Below are positions 1-9,700 of a stretch of DNA of 27,490 nt, piece by piece. Numbering within the stretch: position 1 is the first letter of the stretch; each line of letters begins with the position of its first letter. The position numbers and the translations under genes were made by a program. A model generated the notes under the pieces. The model saw nothing but the letters and a program-made list of their open reading frames with translations. It made no database searches and was not told the origin of the DNA. This stretch comes from Pseudomonadota bacterium. Lineage in GTDB: Bacteria > Bdellovibrionota_B > Oligoflexia > Oligoflexales > CAIMVM01. Location: assembly GCA_037142195.1 (NCBI GenBank), contig JBAXBA010000047.1:1-27490 (forward strand), in the 5' to 3' direction.

Positions 1-231
1 TGGGAAATGAACAGCGATCTTGCGTGAGTAAGTTTGCATAAGTTTCATGTAGCGGATCAGTCGCTTCATATAAATACCCATGGTTTGCACCCCCAACCCG
101 CGGGCTAAGGGATGGAAATCATTTTCTAATCGCAAGTCTTATCTTGATTCTCATAGTAGAACCTGGTGTTTTTGTAACCAACTGTAATTGTTAAAGATGG
201 GTTCTTGATCTACTTGCGAGCCGAACTTGCC

Positions 232-258
232 TTAAGTTTGTCAAAGGCTTACCGAGAG
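232..258 (+). promoter_or_regulatory. Putative sigma28/FliA-type promoter upstream of the L,D-transpeptidase gene
   Basis: TTAAGTTT-N11-ACCGAGAG versus consensus TAAAGTTT-N11-GCCGATAA; ends 29 nt before the ATG at 288, with a GAGGA RBS in between. Confidence 0.45.
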
Positions 259-287
259 AGTCTTCAATTCACGGAAGAGGATTTACT

Positions 288-1352
288 ATGAATTTTTTTT
301 CAAAATCGGTTCTTTTGATTACGTTGGGTATAACTTCGGTTCAGTGCAAATCCTTATCTCAAAACCAAGACTCTTCGGCTAAAGAGAGAGACTCAAGTGC
401 AGATCCCTTAAGTGAGCCTTTCGGCTTGCGAGTCAACTTAACAACCAATATGGCGACTTTTTTTGAAAATGGCAAAGCCATCAGAAGTTGGAAAATAGCT
501 TCGGCTCGAAGTGATGGAAAATCTCAAACACCAACAGGTAAATTCAGATTTCATGAGATGACCACTTGTGTGTCTTGGAAGAGTACCAGAAATGACGCTC
601 AAACTGGACCTTGCACTTCGGACAATCCGCTAGGATTTAGGGCCCTTTGGTTTAACTCAAGTAGTTATGGTCTTCACGGTGTTGACAGCTCCCATATTTC
701 AAGTGTTACGGGTGGTACCGCGGAATCAAGGCGTCAGAGCTCTGGTTGTGTGAGAAACCATCCAGAAGATATCAAATGGCTCACCGACAAAGTGGCGGGT
801 CTTTATGGCACTACTCCCCAAGAATTGGCGAAACGAGTTTCTGCTCGTAGAGAAACCTCATTGCAACCCTTAGGCAAAGGATTAGCGTTAGAGATTGGTA
901 ACTGGAGCAACGATGTGGCGATTGGGTCTTCACCTAACGGTGTTGTAGCTAAGGTCCCACCTCTTCCCCCTCTTCCCCCTCTTCCTGATGCTCCTGCTTC
1001 CGTATCACATATAGTTCCGGTGACAGAGGATCAAGGGAATTCGTGCACTGCTGAGACGGCTTCAGGATTTGTGAACTCTAAGAATCAATTGCCAGTTCTT
1101 TCCTATGTAGATAAACCAGGCTCTCCAGTTATTGGAAGTACCAAGCCTTTTGAAATTGTTTGCCCGACAGAAAATTATCTCAATGGCCAAGTTCAGGTAT
1201 ATTTTCCGATAGCACCAAGAGGCTTTGGATGGGTAGATTCTAAGGAAGTCATGGTGTCTTGTTTTCAGGATCCGGCACTAGAGTACGCTTCACTTAACGA
1301 ATGTCTTTCCAAAGAGTCTGATAAGTCCCGTTGCGCTTTGATGTGCCAGTAG
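288..1352 (+). CDS. L,D-transpeptidase (YkuD/ErfK family), probable lipoprotein, with Pro-rich linker and C-terminal SH3-like Cys-rich domain
   Basis: Signal peptide ending SVQC; TPTGKF; NPLGFRALWF; YGLHG...SSGCVRN catalytic His/Cys motif; PPLPPLPPLP linker; C-terminal VQVYF...GWV typical of SH3-like domains; GAGGA RBS. Confidence 0.88.
   Translation: MNFFSKSVLLITLGITSVQCKSLSQNQDSSAKERDSSADPLSEPFGLRVNLTTNMATFFENGKAIRSWKIASARSDGKSQTPTGKFRFHEMTTCVSWKSTRNDAQTGPCTSDNPLGFRALWFNSSSYGLHGVDSSHISSVTGGTAESRRQSSGCVRNHPEDIKWLTDKVAGLYGTTPQELAKRVSARRETSLQPLGKGLALEIGNWSNDVAIGSSPNGVVAKVPPLPPLPPLPDAPASVSHIVPVTEDQGNSCTAETASGFVNSKNQLPVLSYVDKPGSPVIGSTKPFEIVCPTENYLNGQVQVYFPIAPRGFGWVDSKEVMVSCFQDPALEYASLNECLSKESDKSRCALMCQ
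957..986 (+). repeat. 9-bp coding tandem repeat (about 3 x CCTCTTCCC) encoding PPLPPLPPLP
   Basis: Directly visible: ccacctcttccccctcttccccctcttcct. Confidence 0.8.
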
Positions 1353-1417
1353 GTTTGTATATTGCTACGAAGTTTTATTTAGCCTCGTAAGGCATCCCCA
1401 AAAAATGATTTGGTTTT

Positions 1418-1447
1418 GAAAATTCCCCGCTTATGCGGGGGACTTTC
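1418..1447. terminator. GC-rich hairpin between convergent genes, probable terminator
   Basis: CCCCGC-ttat-GCGGGG (1425-1440) with gaaa/tttc flanks. Confidence 0.55.
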
Positions 1448-1469
1448 GTTTGAAGGTGAAGTGCCATAG

Positions 1470-1505
1470 AAAAAACCTAACGAACTAGGAGGTAGTGCGT
1501 TAGGT
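1470..1505 (-). terminator. Rho-independent terminator of the 1560..2801 gene
   Basis: Stem ACCTAACG (1475-1482) / CGTTAGGT (1498-1505) plus inner ACTA/TAGT; the A-run from 1470 reads as a U-tract on the minus strand. Confidence 0.65.
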
Positions 1506-1559
1506 CTTAAGTGAATAAAGTTTCATGAAATCATAACTTGGGTCTGAGGCTTCCTGCTA

Positions 1560-2801
1560 TTAAGGAGCCTGAAAGATTCCGACTTCAGTTGGCTTTGCAG
1601 TTGTAAAGTCGACGTCGCTTGTCTGATCTGATGTCACCTTTGCAAAAGTGCTTGAACCATCAAAGATGCTTAATGACTTCATGGAATCGGCGCATGTTCC
1701 AGAAATATTGTCGCGAGTAGTGCTGGAGAGATCTTGACAGACGCCTGCTGAATTTCTAAGGAGAGCCAAGAAGTCGAAACCTGTAGCTGGGTAGACTATA
1801 TTGGCGCTGTTTTCGCCCTTAAAGTCAAAGACTCCCCAGAGATTGGCGTCGATTTTTACTGTTTTAAAGTAGAGGTCACGCAATCCGGTGAAAGGAGACA
1901 TTTCAGCGGAGCCGCCTGCGATAGTGGCTGCCTGAGCGCTCGTATAGCTGTATCGCCCTTCAATGGCATAGAACGTGGGCTGAGTTTTGTTGTCTACCCA
2001 TATCTGTAAATGAATGCCTGAAGGAGTGCCGCCGCCTAAGCCATTTTGCGAATAGATTTTAATGTCTTGATAGAAGCATGTCGTCTTAGAAGGATTTGCT
2101 TTGCAGTTTGTGGCATCTGTGGGTGATGAGTAGGTGATCTTAGCGGAATATTGATCTGCGCCCGCATTCAGCCATAGGGTTCCGTTCGCGCGGTCCTTGA
2201 GATTCATCGCGACAAGACCGTTGAGGCCTTCGATAGTGGCACCTGTGTAAAGTCGGATATTAGCTGGATAGCTAGCTTCGTTGCCGGAATTCCAGTTTCC
2301 CACAGCAGAAGATGTGGTATCAAACGGCTCAAAACTTATGCCCAGTAGGCTTTTGTCATCAGATTCAAATAGTAATTTTGTTACTTTAGATTTGTCTCTA
2401 AAAACAGATTCGCACATGAGACTGAGAAGAACACCAGGATTTAGATTTTTTTCCTTAGCAGTGTCATAATCGCCGCAAGTTAGTTTGCCATCAGCGTCAT
2501 AGTCGCCACTTAAACCGCCTAGAAGGAATTCAGAGACTATCGGACTCAAGGAGCAGGCTCCGCCTAATGCCCATGAAAATATCCCTCTTCCTTCTGTTGA
2601 GGTACAGTCTGTTTGGTCCTCTGCAGTTAGCTTTGTAGATTCAGATGATCCTAGGTCATTCAAATTGATCGCCTGGACATCTGGAACCAGAATGAGGCTT
2701 CCCGTCGGTTCAGCGTCGGAATTACTTTTAGATTTTTTCTTAGAACAACCAGCCATTACGTTACTAAAGGCCAGAGTTAATATGAGTAGACCAAATTTCA
2801 T
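1560..2801 (-). CDS. Hypothetical lipoprotein, 413 aa
   Basis: Lipobox MAGC followed by a SKKKSKSNS tether; GGGAG RBS; one DxDxDG motif; no family recognised. Confidence 0.8.
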   Translation of the reverse strand: MKFGLLILTLAFSNVMAGCSKKKSKSNSDAEPTGSLILVPDVQAINLNDLGSSESTKLTAEDQTDCTSTEGRGIFSWALGGACSLSPIVSEFLLGGLSGDYDADGKLTCGDYDTAKEKNLNPGVLLSLMCESVFRDKSKVTKLLFESDDKSLLGISFEPFDTTSSAVGNWNSGNEASYPANIRLYTGATIEGLNGLVAMNLKDRANGTLWLNAGADQYSAKITYSSPTDATNCKANPSKTTCFYQDIKIYSQNGLGGGTPSGIHLQIWVDNKTQPTFYAIEGRYSYTSAQAATIAGGSAEMSPFTGLRDLYFKTVKIDANLWGVFDFKGENSANIVYPATGFDFLALLRNSAGVCQDLSSTTRDNISGTCADSMKSLSIFDGSSTFAKVTSDQTSDVDFTTAKPTEVGIFQAP

Positions 2802-3321
2802 CGCACTTCTCCCATCTAGTTAGAAGATTATTTTATTTGATATGATCTATAACTCTATGGAGGGCTTTTTGCCTACTTGCCCTTTTTTTCTTGGGGGTGT
2901 CTACGTCTAAGATTTTCTGTAGCTATTGCACTTAGGAAATTGCAAAGTTTCTTTAAAGAGATCAATGAGTCTGAGTTCTTAACTGAGTCCTTGAATATTT
3001 TTTTCCCAAGGATGCTTTCAATTCCTACTGCCTCAAGCATTTGTCCTTGGGAGGCCTGTGTTGACCTAGTGATATATCAGTAATTTAAAGACTTTTTAGC
3101 AAAAAGCATAGGCCATCATCTTTGTGCCACGAACAGTTTCTCTACTTTTTTTGGGATGGGGGGCGGCAGATTTCTAGATGCGTTTTGCTAGATATTTTTT
3201 GCCTACTAGGAGCCGTTCACGGTGCGATTTTAGAAAGGTTTTGACTTGAGGGCGGACTCAATGATGGGGCGTATTTTGTGTAAATTACCCCATCTTTTCT
3301 TTTGGGACTTCTTGATATTTG

Positions 3322-4407
3322 CTATTTAAGCTCGAGGAGATTTTGAAAAATGGGATCATCACCTAATTCTGGTAGCTCTTTTTCAAAGAGCCCCCGCGTC
3401 ATAAGTGCTTGTCGAGAAAAAATAGGGTAGATTTCAAATGGTGTGGAGACGTTTCCATCAAATCTTAAAACTGCATCTTTTGCGCGTTCCAGATTTTGAG
3501 CCATTTGTTTTCGAAATCCAGAGAAAAAGTCATCTATTTTTTTATCGTCATCTGGGGTTCCGTTAGACGGTCGTACACTTTCAATGAGGTTCATGGCTTC
3601 CATAGCGCAGCTTGAGGTAATGGTATTATAGGGCACGGAAAGTTGTCTCTCTGTGCTCTTGCGGATCCAGTTTTTTAGTATAGCGATGCGTTTTTCCGGG
3701 TATTTTTCAAACTCTAAAAGGTATTGTTTTACAGTTGGTATTTTGCCAGGACCGGTGGGATGGGCTGGGTCTTTTTTTCTCATCTTGTCCATACGAACCG
3801 CAAAATCAGTAAGAGTTTTTATTCTCCAAACTCCCATATATTCATTTTGCAGTCCCTTAATCACATCAAATTGCGCACCAGCTTCACCCAGAGCTTCCAT
3901 GGATAGAAGGAGTTGTTTTGTTTCGATCTTTGCTTCATGGGGGCTACGTTTTTGTGGTGTTAGTACTACAGGTTTGGCAAAGTCGAGACGGATTTGGCCA
4001 TGGGCAGCTGGAATTAAATTCGATTCAAAATTTTCCTGTTGAAAGATTACCGATGCTATATCCCCGACCGCTATAGGAATAGCCGCGACATAGAATTTAT
4101 TGCGGTGGGTTACATTTGCCAGGACTACTTTATTTTCTGTGTCGTCATAGCCATACTCCTTGGCTTGTGCAGAGTTGAGCACTACTATCGGACGAGCCGT
4201 TCGTGTATCAATACATCGACCCTCTGCTCCTTTGGCAGTGCTTTGAGGAAATCTCGAATCCGGTTCAAAGGCATCATCTGTTATTGAGCAATGGTTTCTA
4301 TTTTGGGCAGTTGCTTTGGAAAGCTCAAGTGAATCGGCTTCCGGGCGAGCTATTTTGCAACCTGACGCCATAAACAGGGCGAGGCACCCCAAGGTCATTT
4401 TTTTCAC
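3322..4407 (-). CDS. Lipoprotein with a DUF4105/Lnb-N-like permuted papain-fold domain
   Basis: Lipobox ASGC; GGAG RBS before GTG; AHGQIRLDF (His), LLLSMEA, FDVIKGLQNEY and YNTITSSC (Cys) follow the AHT...SVEAR...KG...Y...YNTLTxNC motif order of DUF4105. Confidence 0.65.
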   Translation of the reverse strand: MKKMTLGCLALFMASGCKIARPEADSLELSKATAQNRNHCSITDDAFEPDSRFPQSTAKGAEGRCIDTRTARPIVVLNSAQAKEYGYDDTENKVVLANVTHRNKFYVAAIPIAVGDIASVIFQQENFESNLIPAAHGQIRLDFAKPVVLTPQKRSPHEAKIETKQLLLSMEALGEAGAQFDVIKGLQNEYMGVWRIKTLTDFAVRMDKMRKKDPAHPTGPGKIPTVKQYLLEFEKYPEKRIAILKNWIRKSTERQLSVPYNTITSSCAMEAMNLIESVRPSNGTPDDDKKIDDFFSGFRKQMAQNLERAKDAVLRFDGNVSTPFEIYPIFSRQALMTRGLFEKELPELGDDPIFQNLLELK

Positions 4408-4664
4408 CTTAAATCTCCCAATTGAGTACGACTAGATTATAACCTACTTCCATATAGGAGTTCTTTGTAGGGCGATTTAATTCTTAGTTTCAGGTGGTTA
4501 TGCATTTTAATGGAGGCTTTTAGTGGGTGAGCCGTGGAGACTCTTTTAGCTCGTATTTCTTCGGGAGGAGCGACAAGAATGGGCGGACTTATGTATTGTC
4601 GTGTCTTTGAATTGTTGCCCGGTTGGAGTTATGACTTGGATATACTTCTTTTGAGGATTTTTAA

Positions 4665-4694
4665 TAAATGAAAGGCATCGTGTGAACGATGCCT
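4665..4694 (-). terminator. Rho-independent terminator of the small secreted protein gene
   Basis: AGGCATCGT-gtga-ACGATGCCT (4673-4694) followed by TTCATTT on the minus strand. Confidence 0.7.
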
Positions 4695-4722
4695 AGATCT
4701 TAAAACGAAAGACTAACTAAAA

Positions 4723-5016
4723 TTACTTAGCAGCTTTGGCTTCGCAACCTTTTGCTTCTGCTTGAGTAACAGTTACGCCTTCTAGTTTTTCGCCTTTTGC
4801 AAGTTTAGCTACACATTCAGCAGGTGTGCCGTGTGCAGAGTTTGCACAAGCAGCTTCAACTGCAGTGCAGTCTTTGTGTGCTTTTGCTGTTTTGTGAGCT
4901 TTTGCTGCAGGAGCTGCTGCTTTTGTTTCAGTAGCTGCTGCTGCAGGTGCTTTAGTTTCGTTAGCTAGTGCAAAGCTAGAAAAAGATAGAACGCCGGCAA
5001 GTGCTAAAAACTTCAT
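4723..5016 (-). CDS. Small secreted Ala/Lys-rich protein with four Cys
   Basis: ATG at 5016 preceded by GGAG-atccac, preferred over the TTG at 5028; Sec signal MKFLALAGVLSFSSFALA; AAPAAKAHKTAKAHK linker; own terminator. Confidence 0.8.
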   Translation of the reverse strand: MKFLALAGVLSFSSFALANETKAPAAAATETKAAAPAAKAHKTAKAHKDCTAVEAACANSAHGTPAECVAKLAKGEKLEGVTVTQAEAKGCEAKAAK

Positions 5017-5545
5017 GTGGATCTCCAATAAGTTGAGTAAAAATTACAACGAGGAACATTGTATTCTTTGTATTTTGAATAGCAACGATTTTGTCGCTAT
5101 AGACGCATTTTTTTGACGTTCGGCAGGTTTTTGTGGGCTTATTTAGCGTTTTGTTCTTATGCTTTTTTAATTTTTGCCTGTCAGTTGTTTTTTTTATTCA
5201 GATTTTTCATGGCCCCATGTCTTTTCCGATAATTTAGACCAATGAGTCTGTGTTTTAGTCGTTCTACTTGTTACCTTTCTTTTACTTTTTGTGATTTCAT
5301 CTTTTTGGCATCTTTTTTTCGGGCGTTAGCTAGACCAGGCGGTGTTTGATTAAAAGGCAGTTGCTCTCACTGTCGCAATCTTTTGCTTGTATTTTAAGCA
5401 GAATTCTTTGTGACCTGTGTTTCGGTGCCATAGGTTGGTAGGCTTTTACCAAGCAGATGGGACTTAGATGGGGTCTGTGGTATTATGGGTCTAATAATTT
5501 TCTTAAGAATTTTTTAAATCCTAATTCTCTTTTTCGAGGTTCGCC

Positions 5546-6634
5546 ATGATTTTTTTCAAACGGAATGCCCTGGCTTTTTGTGTTTGGTTGCCAATATTTT
5601 TCACTTTTTGGTCTTGCCAGTCATCGGACCAAAATGTGAGTAGGGAGCAAGTCAGCTGGATTTCTGGCAAGCCTAGCGGTACGAGAAAAACTTATCTTTT
5701 AACCCCGACGGGCAAGAAAATATTTCAGGCATCCCTGGACAGATACTATACCCAACCAGAACTGAGAGCCCAACCCGCAAATTGTGCCATTAATGTGAGT
5801 GATGTTTTAAAAACGGCCGATGCCAGTTTTGGTGTTTATGGGAGTGAGCTTATTCCAGCGATGGAGGCTCAGATATCAAGTAAGAAAATTCAGCTTAATG
5901 GTAAGTCTTATGGATCTTCTATTTTTAATACGCCACATAGCCAGTCCGGTTTTGTAGCAGCAATCAATAAGAACTTCAAAGGCGGTAAGATTCCAACGGG
6001 TACCCTTGTCTTTGGATGTCTAAGTTCTGATTGTTCAGGTGAGGCAGGTGATGGACATATTGGGATTGTTGGAGATCTTGATGAACAAGGCAATCTTCAG
6101 ATTTATCATAATAACTGGTATAGGCCTGAAAATAACAATGGAGTTTGGGCTAAGTTTATGGTCTCTAAAGATCATTTAAGTCGGGGTTTCAAGCGACAAT
6201 GGATGCCTACGCCATGGCTAAATTTAACTTACGAAGGGGATAAGTTGGTTGCTGCTAAAACAGTTTTGCCAGCCATTGATGACCTGGACCCTTTTAACTA
6301 TTTTGCAACTTTTATGGTCCTTCCTGAAATTGTTGGTGAGCTTGATCAAGGTCTGTTGGCTAGCGGAGCGTTAATAGAGCGTGACAGCCCAACCGTTAAA
6401 CGAGCAGGTATGACATGTGAAGTTCGAACTGAGGATCCTGCAGGCATGAATGTGCGATCTACACCTAACGGCACTCTCCTAGGTACGGTCGCCAATGGGG
6501 TCAGATTTGTTTGGCTTTCTGATGAAGGACCTTGGGCGAGAGTGCAGGTGCGCATTGCAGGTAAGCTCTTTGGAGCAGGCGGTGACGGCAGTGAAAAGGC
6601 TTACATTCACTCTTCGGGCATTTCCTGCCCCTAG
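5546..6634 (+). CDS. Lipoprotein with NlpC/P60-superfamily-like Cys amidase domain and C-terminal SH3b domain (putative peptidoglycan hydrolase)
   Basis: Signal ending FWSC; NCAINVSDVL (Cys); GHIGIVG (His) followed by IYHNN; C-terminal GMNVRSTPNG..LG.V.NG...W.RV...YIHS matches SH3_3; GAGG RBS. Confidence 0.7.
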   Translation: MIFFKRNALAFCVWLPIFFTFWSCQSSDQNVSREQVSWISGKPSGTRKTYLLTPTGKKIFQASLDRYYTQPELRAQPANCAINVSDVLKTADASFGVYGSELIPAMEAQISSKKIQLNGKSYGSSIFNTPHSQSGFVAAINKNFKGGKIPTGTLVFGCLSSDCSGEAGDGHIGIVGDLDEQGNLQIYHNNWYRPENNNGVWAKFMVSKDHLSRGFKRQWMPTPWLNLTYEGDKLVAAKTVLPAIDDLDPFNYFATFMVLPEIVGELDQGLLASGALIERDSPTVKRAGMTCEVRTEDPAGMNVRSTPNGTLLGTVANGVRFVWLSDEGPWARVQVRIAGKLFGAGGDGSEKAYIHSSGISCP

Positions 6635-6785
6635 AGACCTGATCGACGGTCTTACTTTTTTGATGACTGCGGTTCTGTCGTATATCTCTAGTTTTAGGGA
6701 ACGGCGGGAACCTAACGCTACTTTGCCTTAAAGTTTAGGCATTTTAGCAGTAGAATTTCTAGCATAGCTTTTTTTAAAAAATTCC

Positions 6786-9700
6786 TTAAACAAAATTCCT
6801 TATGGCAAAAAGCGGAGACGCATCACGAATCTCTTCTTGCTGTTGTAAGGAAATGAGGTCTCCAACCTTTTCTTTTTTAGCGATCATTTTTTCCACGATG
6901 AAAGAATGGGAAGCTCCGACTTTTTGGAGTTTTCCTTCCAGACACAAAAAAAGCTCTCGGTCTATGGGCTGTCTTTCATAGATAGCGGGACGAACGATGC
7001 AGTTTATAAATCCGAATTCATCTTCAAGAGTTAAAAAAAGAATTTTTTTGGCAGTAGGGGGGGCTTGCCTGACGATAACTATGCCGAAGACGACAAGCTT
7101 TTCTCCATCTCTGCGAAAAGGAATTTGTCTTGAGGTCGTGAGGTCAGATGACGGAAGATCATAGTTCCAGTAATAGACTTTTTGCACTTCGGTGGGATGC
7201 ATGTAGAGAGAGGTATCTGTGGCTTTGAAGTCGCCATCGACCATTTCACCAGGGGTCTCTTTAGGAAATTTGAAGCCGCCCTCATATTCATCGAGAGTGC
7301 CAAAGCAAGGTGCTTTTAAAGCGCTCCAAATCGCGTCGCGGCGAGTTAACCCGAACTCAGAAAGTGCTCCGGCGCCAGCAAGTGAAGCGATGGTCATGCG
7401 GTCTACTGAGCTTTCTTTGATAAAGCGCTCATGATCGCGCCAGATTCCTTGTCTATTTCGTATATGGATCATGGCATCGATAGCAGGTCGTCTTACGCCT
7501 TTAATGGATCTTAGACCCATTCTGATCGCGAAAGGGCGCACGCTTCCTGCAGTCGTCTCAAGGGAGTAGTCCCATTCGGAATGATTTACGGACGGCGGCA
7601 GGATCCGTACGCCATCCCGTCGAGCCGACTGCAGAAGGGTGTGTGGGCTGTAAAAGCCCATAGGTTGGGAGTTGAGGAGGGCTGCAAAAAAAGCCTCCGG
7701 ATAGTGGCACTTAAGCCACGCCGAAGTATATGCAATGAGGGCAAAAGAAGCGGCATGGGACTCAGGAAATCCATAAGCGGAAAATCCTTCCATCTGCCTC
7801 ATGGTAGACTCGATAAACTGGGGGTGAATTTTCTCTTTGAGCATGCCGGCTTTGAGCTTTATGAGCCAAGGACCAAGATCTCCTTTAATTTGCCATGAGC
7901 CAAGGTAGCGTCTCAGCTGATCTGCCTCACCAGGATTAAAGCCTCCGACGGCCATGGCGATGCGCATCACCTGCTCTTGAAATAAAGGGACACCCAAGGT
8001 GCGCTTTAAAATGGGTATCAATTTAGGATGGGCGTAATGAATGGGTTCCTCGCCGTTTCTGCGCTTGAGAAAGGGATGAATAAAGCCACCTTGAATGGGC
8101 CCTGGTCGAATAATCGCCACTTGAATCACAAGGTCATAAAAGGTTCTAGGTCTAAGTCTGGGAAGCATCGACATTTGAGCTCTAGATTCGATTTGAAATG
8201 TACCGACGGTATCAGCTCTAGAAATCATTTCATAGGTCGAGGGATCTTCGACAGGAATTGTAGCGAGAGTGACATGTCTTCCGTGATTTTTAGCCATAAG
8301 ATCCATAGTTTTTTGAATCGCGGTTAAAATCCCTAAAGCGAGAATATCTATTTTAAAAAAGTTAAGGGTTTCAATATCATCTTTAGACCATTGGATCACT
8401 TGGCGGTTTTCCATAGTGGCCATTTCAACCGGAGAAAATTGGGTGAGAGCTTCGCCAGTGATAACAAATCCACCAGAGTGAATCCCTAAGTGTCTGGGAT
8501 ATCCTTTAAGAGCCTCAGCAAGACTCCCCCATAGCCCCCACGGGATGGGTTTCTCTGGATTTGACGCGGAATATTCTTTTTCACAGAAGCTTAGAATGCC
8601 TTCTGGGCCCTCTCCGCGCAAAGCAAGAGTGGACTTGTCTTCAGATACTTGGTTCAAGAGCTCTTCACAGATTCCTAGCGCTTTTCCGACAGCGCGCATG
8701 GCACCTCGAGTTCTAAAAGTTATCACATTCGCTACCATTGCGGCTCGGTCGCGACCATAAAATTCATAGATGTGCTGAATGACTTCTTCGCGTCTTTCGT
8801 GCTCAAAATCCACATCTATGTCTGGCGGATCTCCCCGTTCTGCACTTAGAAAACGTTCAAAGAGAACGTCAAAAGATCCAGGATCTACAGCCGTGATGGA
8901 AAGCACATAGCAAATTACGGAATTAGCAGCTGACCCTCGTCCTTGACACAGAATACCTTGCTCTCTCGCCCAACGGACAATTTCCCAAACCGTTAAGAAA
9001 TAGTCAGAAAAACCAAGTTCTTTTACAAGCTGAAGTTCTTTTTTCAGAATCTCCAAAACTCTCTTAGGGACTTCGATGCCATAGCGCGCTTTAGCGGCGT
9101 CATAAGATACCTTCTCTAACCAACCCTGGGAATCATATCCCTCTGGTATCAGCTCCTTAGGGTAACGGTATCTAAGTTCAACAAGATCAAAATGAAATCT
9201 CTCTGCAAGACTTTGGCTTATCTTTAGTGACTTTTCAAAGAAAGGGTATCCGGAAAAGCGCGCTTCGATTTCACGAAGACTGTGGAGAGATCTTTCGTCA
9301 TTAACGAATAAATATTCCGAAGCCTCTTCAAGGGTAGAGTTAAGCCGTATTGCCTGGACTAAATCATGGAGGAACTTTTGAGAAGGATTTGGAAAAAAAG
9401 TATCTTGGCTTAGGATGATAGGAATATCTAAAGCCTGGGTTTCTTCAATAATCTTCTTTTGCCAAAAATCGGTATAGGGTGATAGTGTGCGCGTAAATAT
9501 CTGGAAAAAATTACCAGAAAAAGCTTCTTTAAATAATTTCAGTCGTTTAGAAAAAGAGTCATCCTCACGCCGTAAGAGGCCACGAGAGGGCTGAATAAAA
9601 ATAATTTCATTACAGTCGAGAGATAGGATTTCCTGAGGGGAGATCCATGGTTTATGCTTGCCTCTCTCGTGTGCTTTTGAAATGATCCGGCAAAGGTTCC

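Noticed and set aside
1..135. Minus-strand frame open to the window edge (TTG near 135, or ATG 81, MGIYMKRLIRY...)
   Set aside because: Too short to judge and no recognisable motif; may be a real gene start outside the window.
2873..3083. Minus 55-aa ORF (3040..2873, MLEAVGIES...) and the antisense plus-strand 68-aa ORF
   Set aside because: No motif, poor RBS spacing and mutually overlapping; neither can be supported.
4443..4458. CCTA-N8-TAGG palindrome upstream of the DUF4105-like gene as a third LexA box
   Set aside because: Half-sites differ from CCATA/TATGG and the gene has no DNA-repair link.
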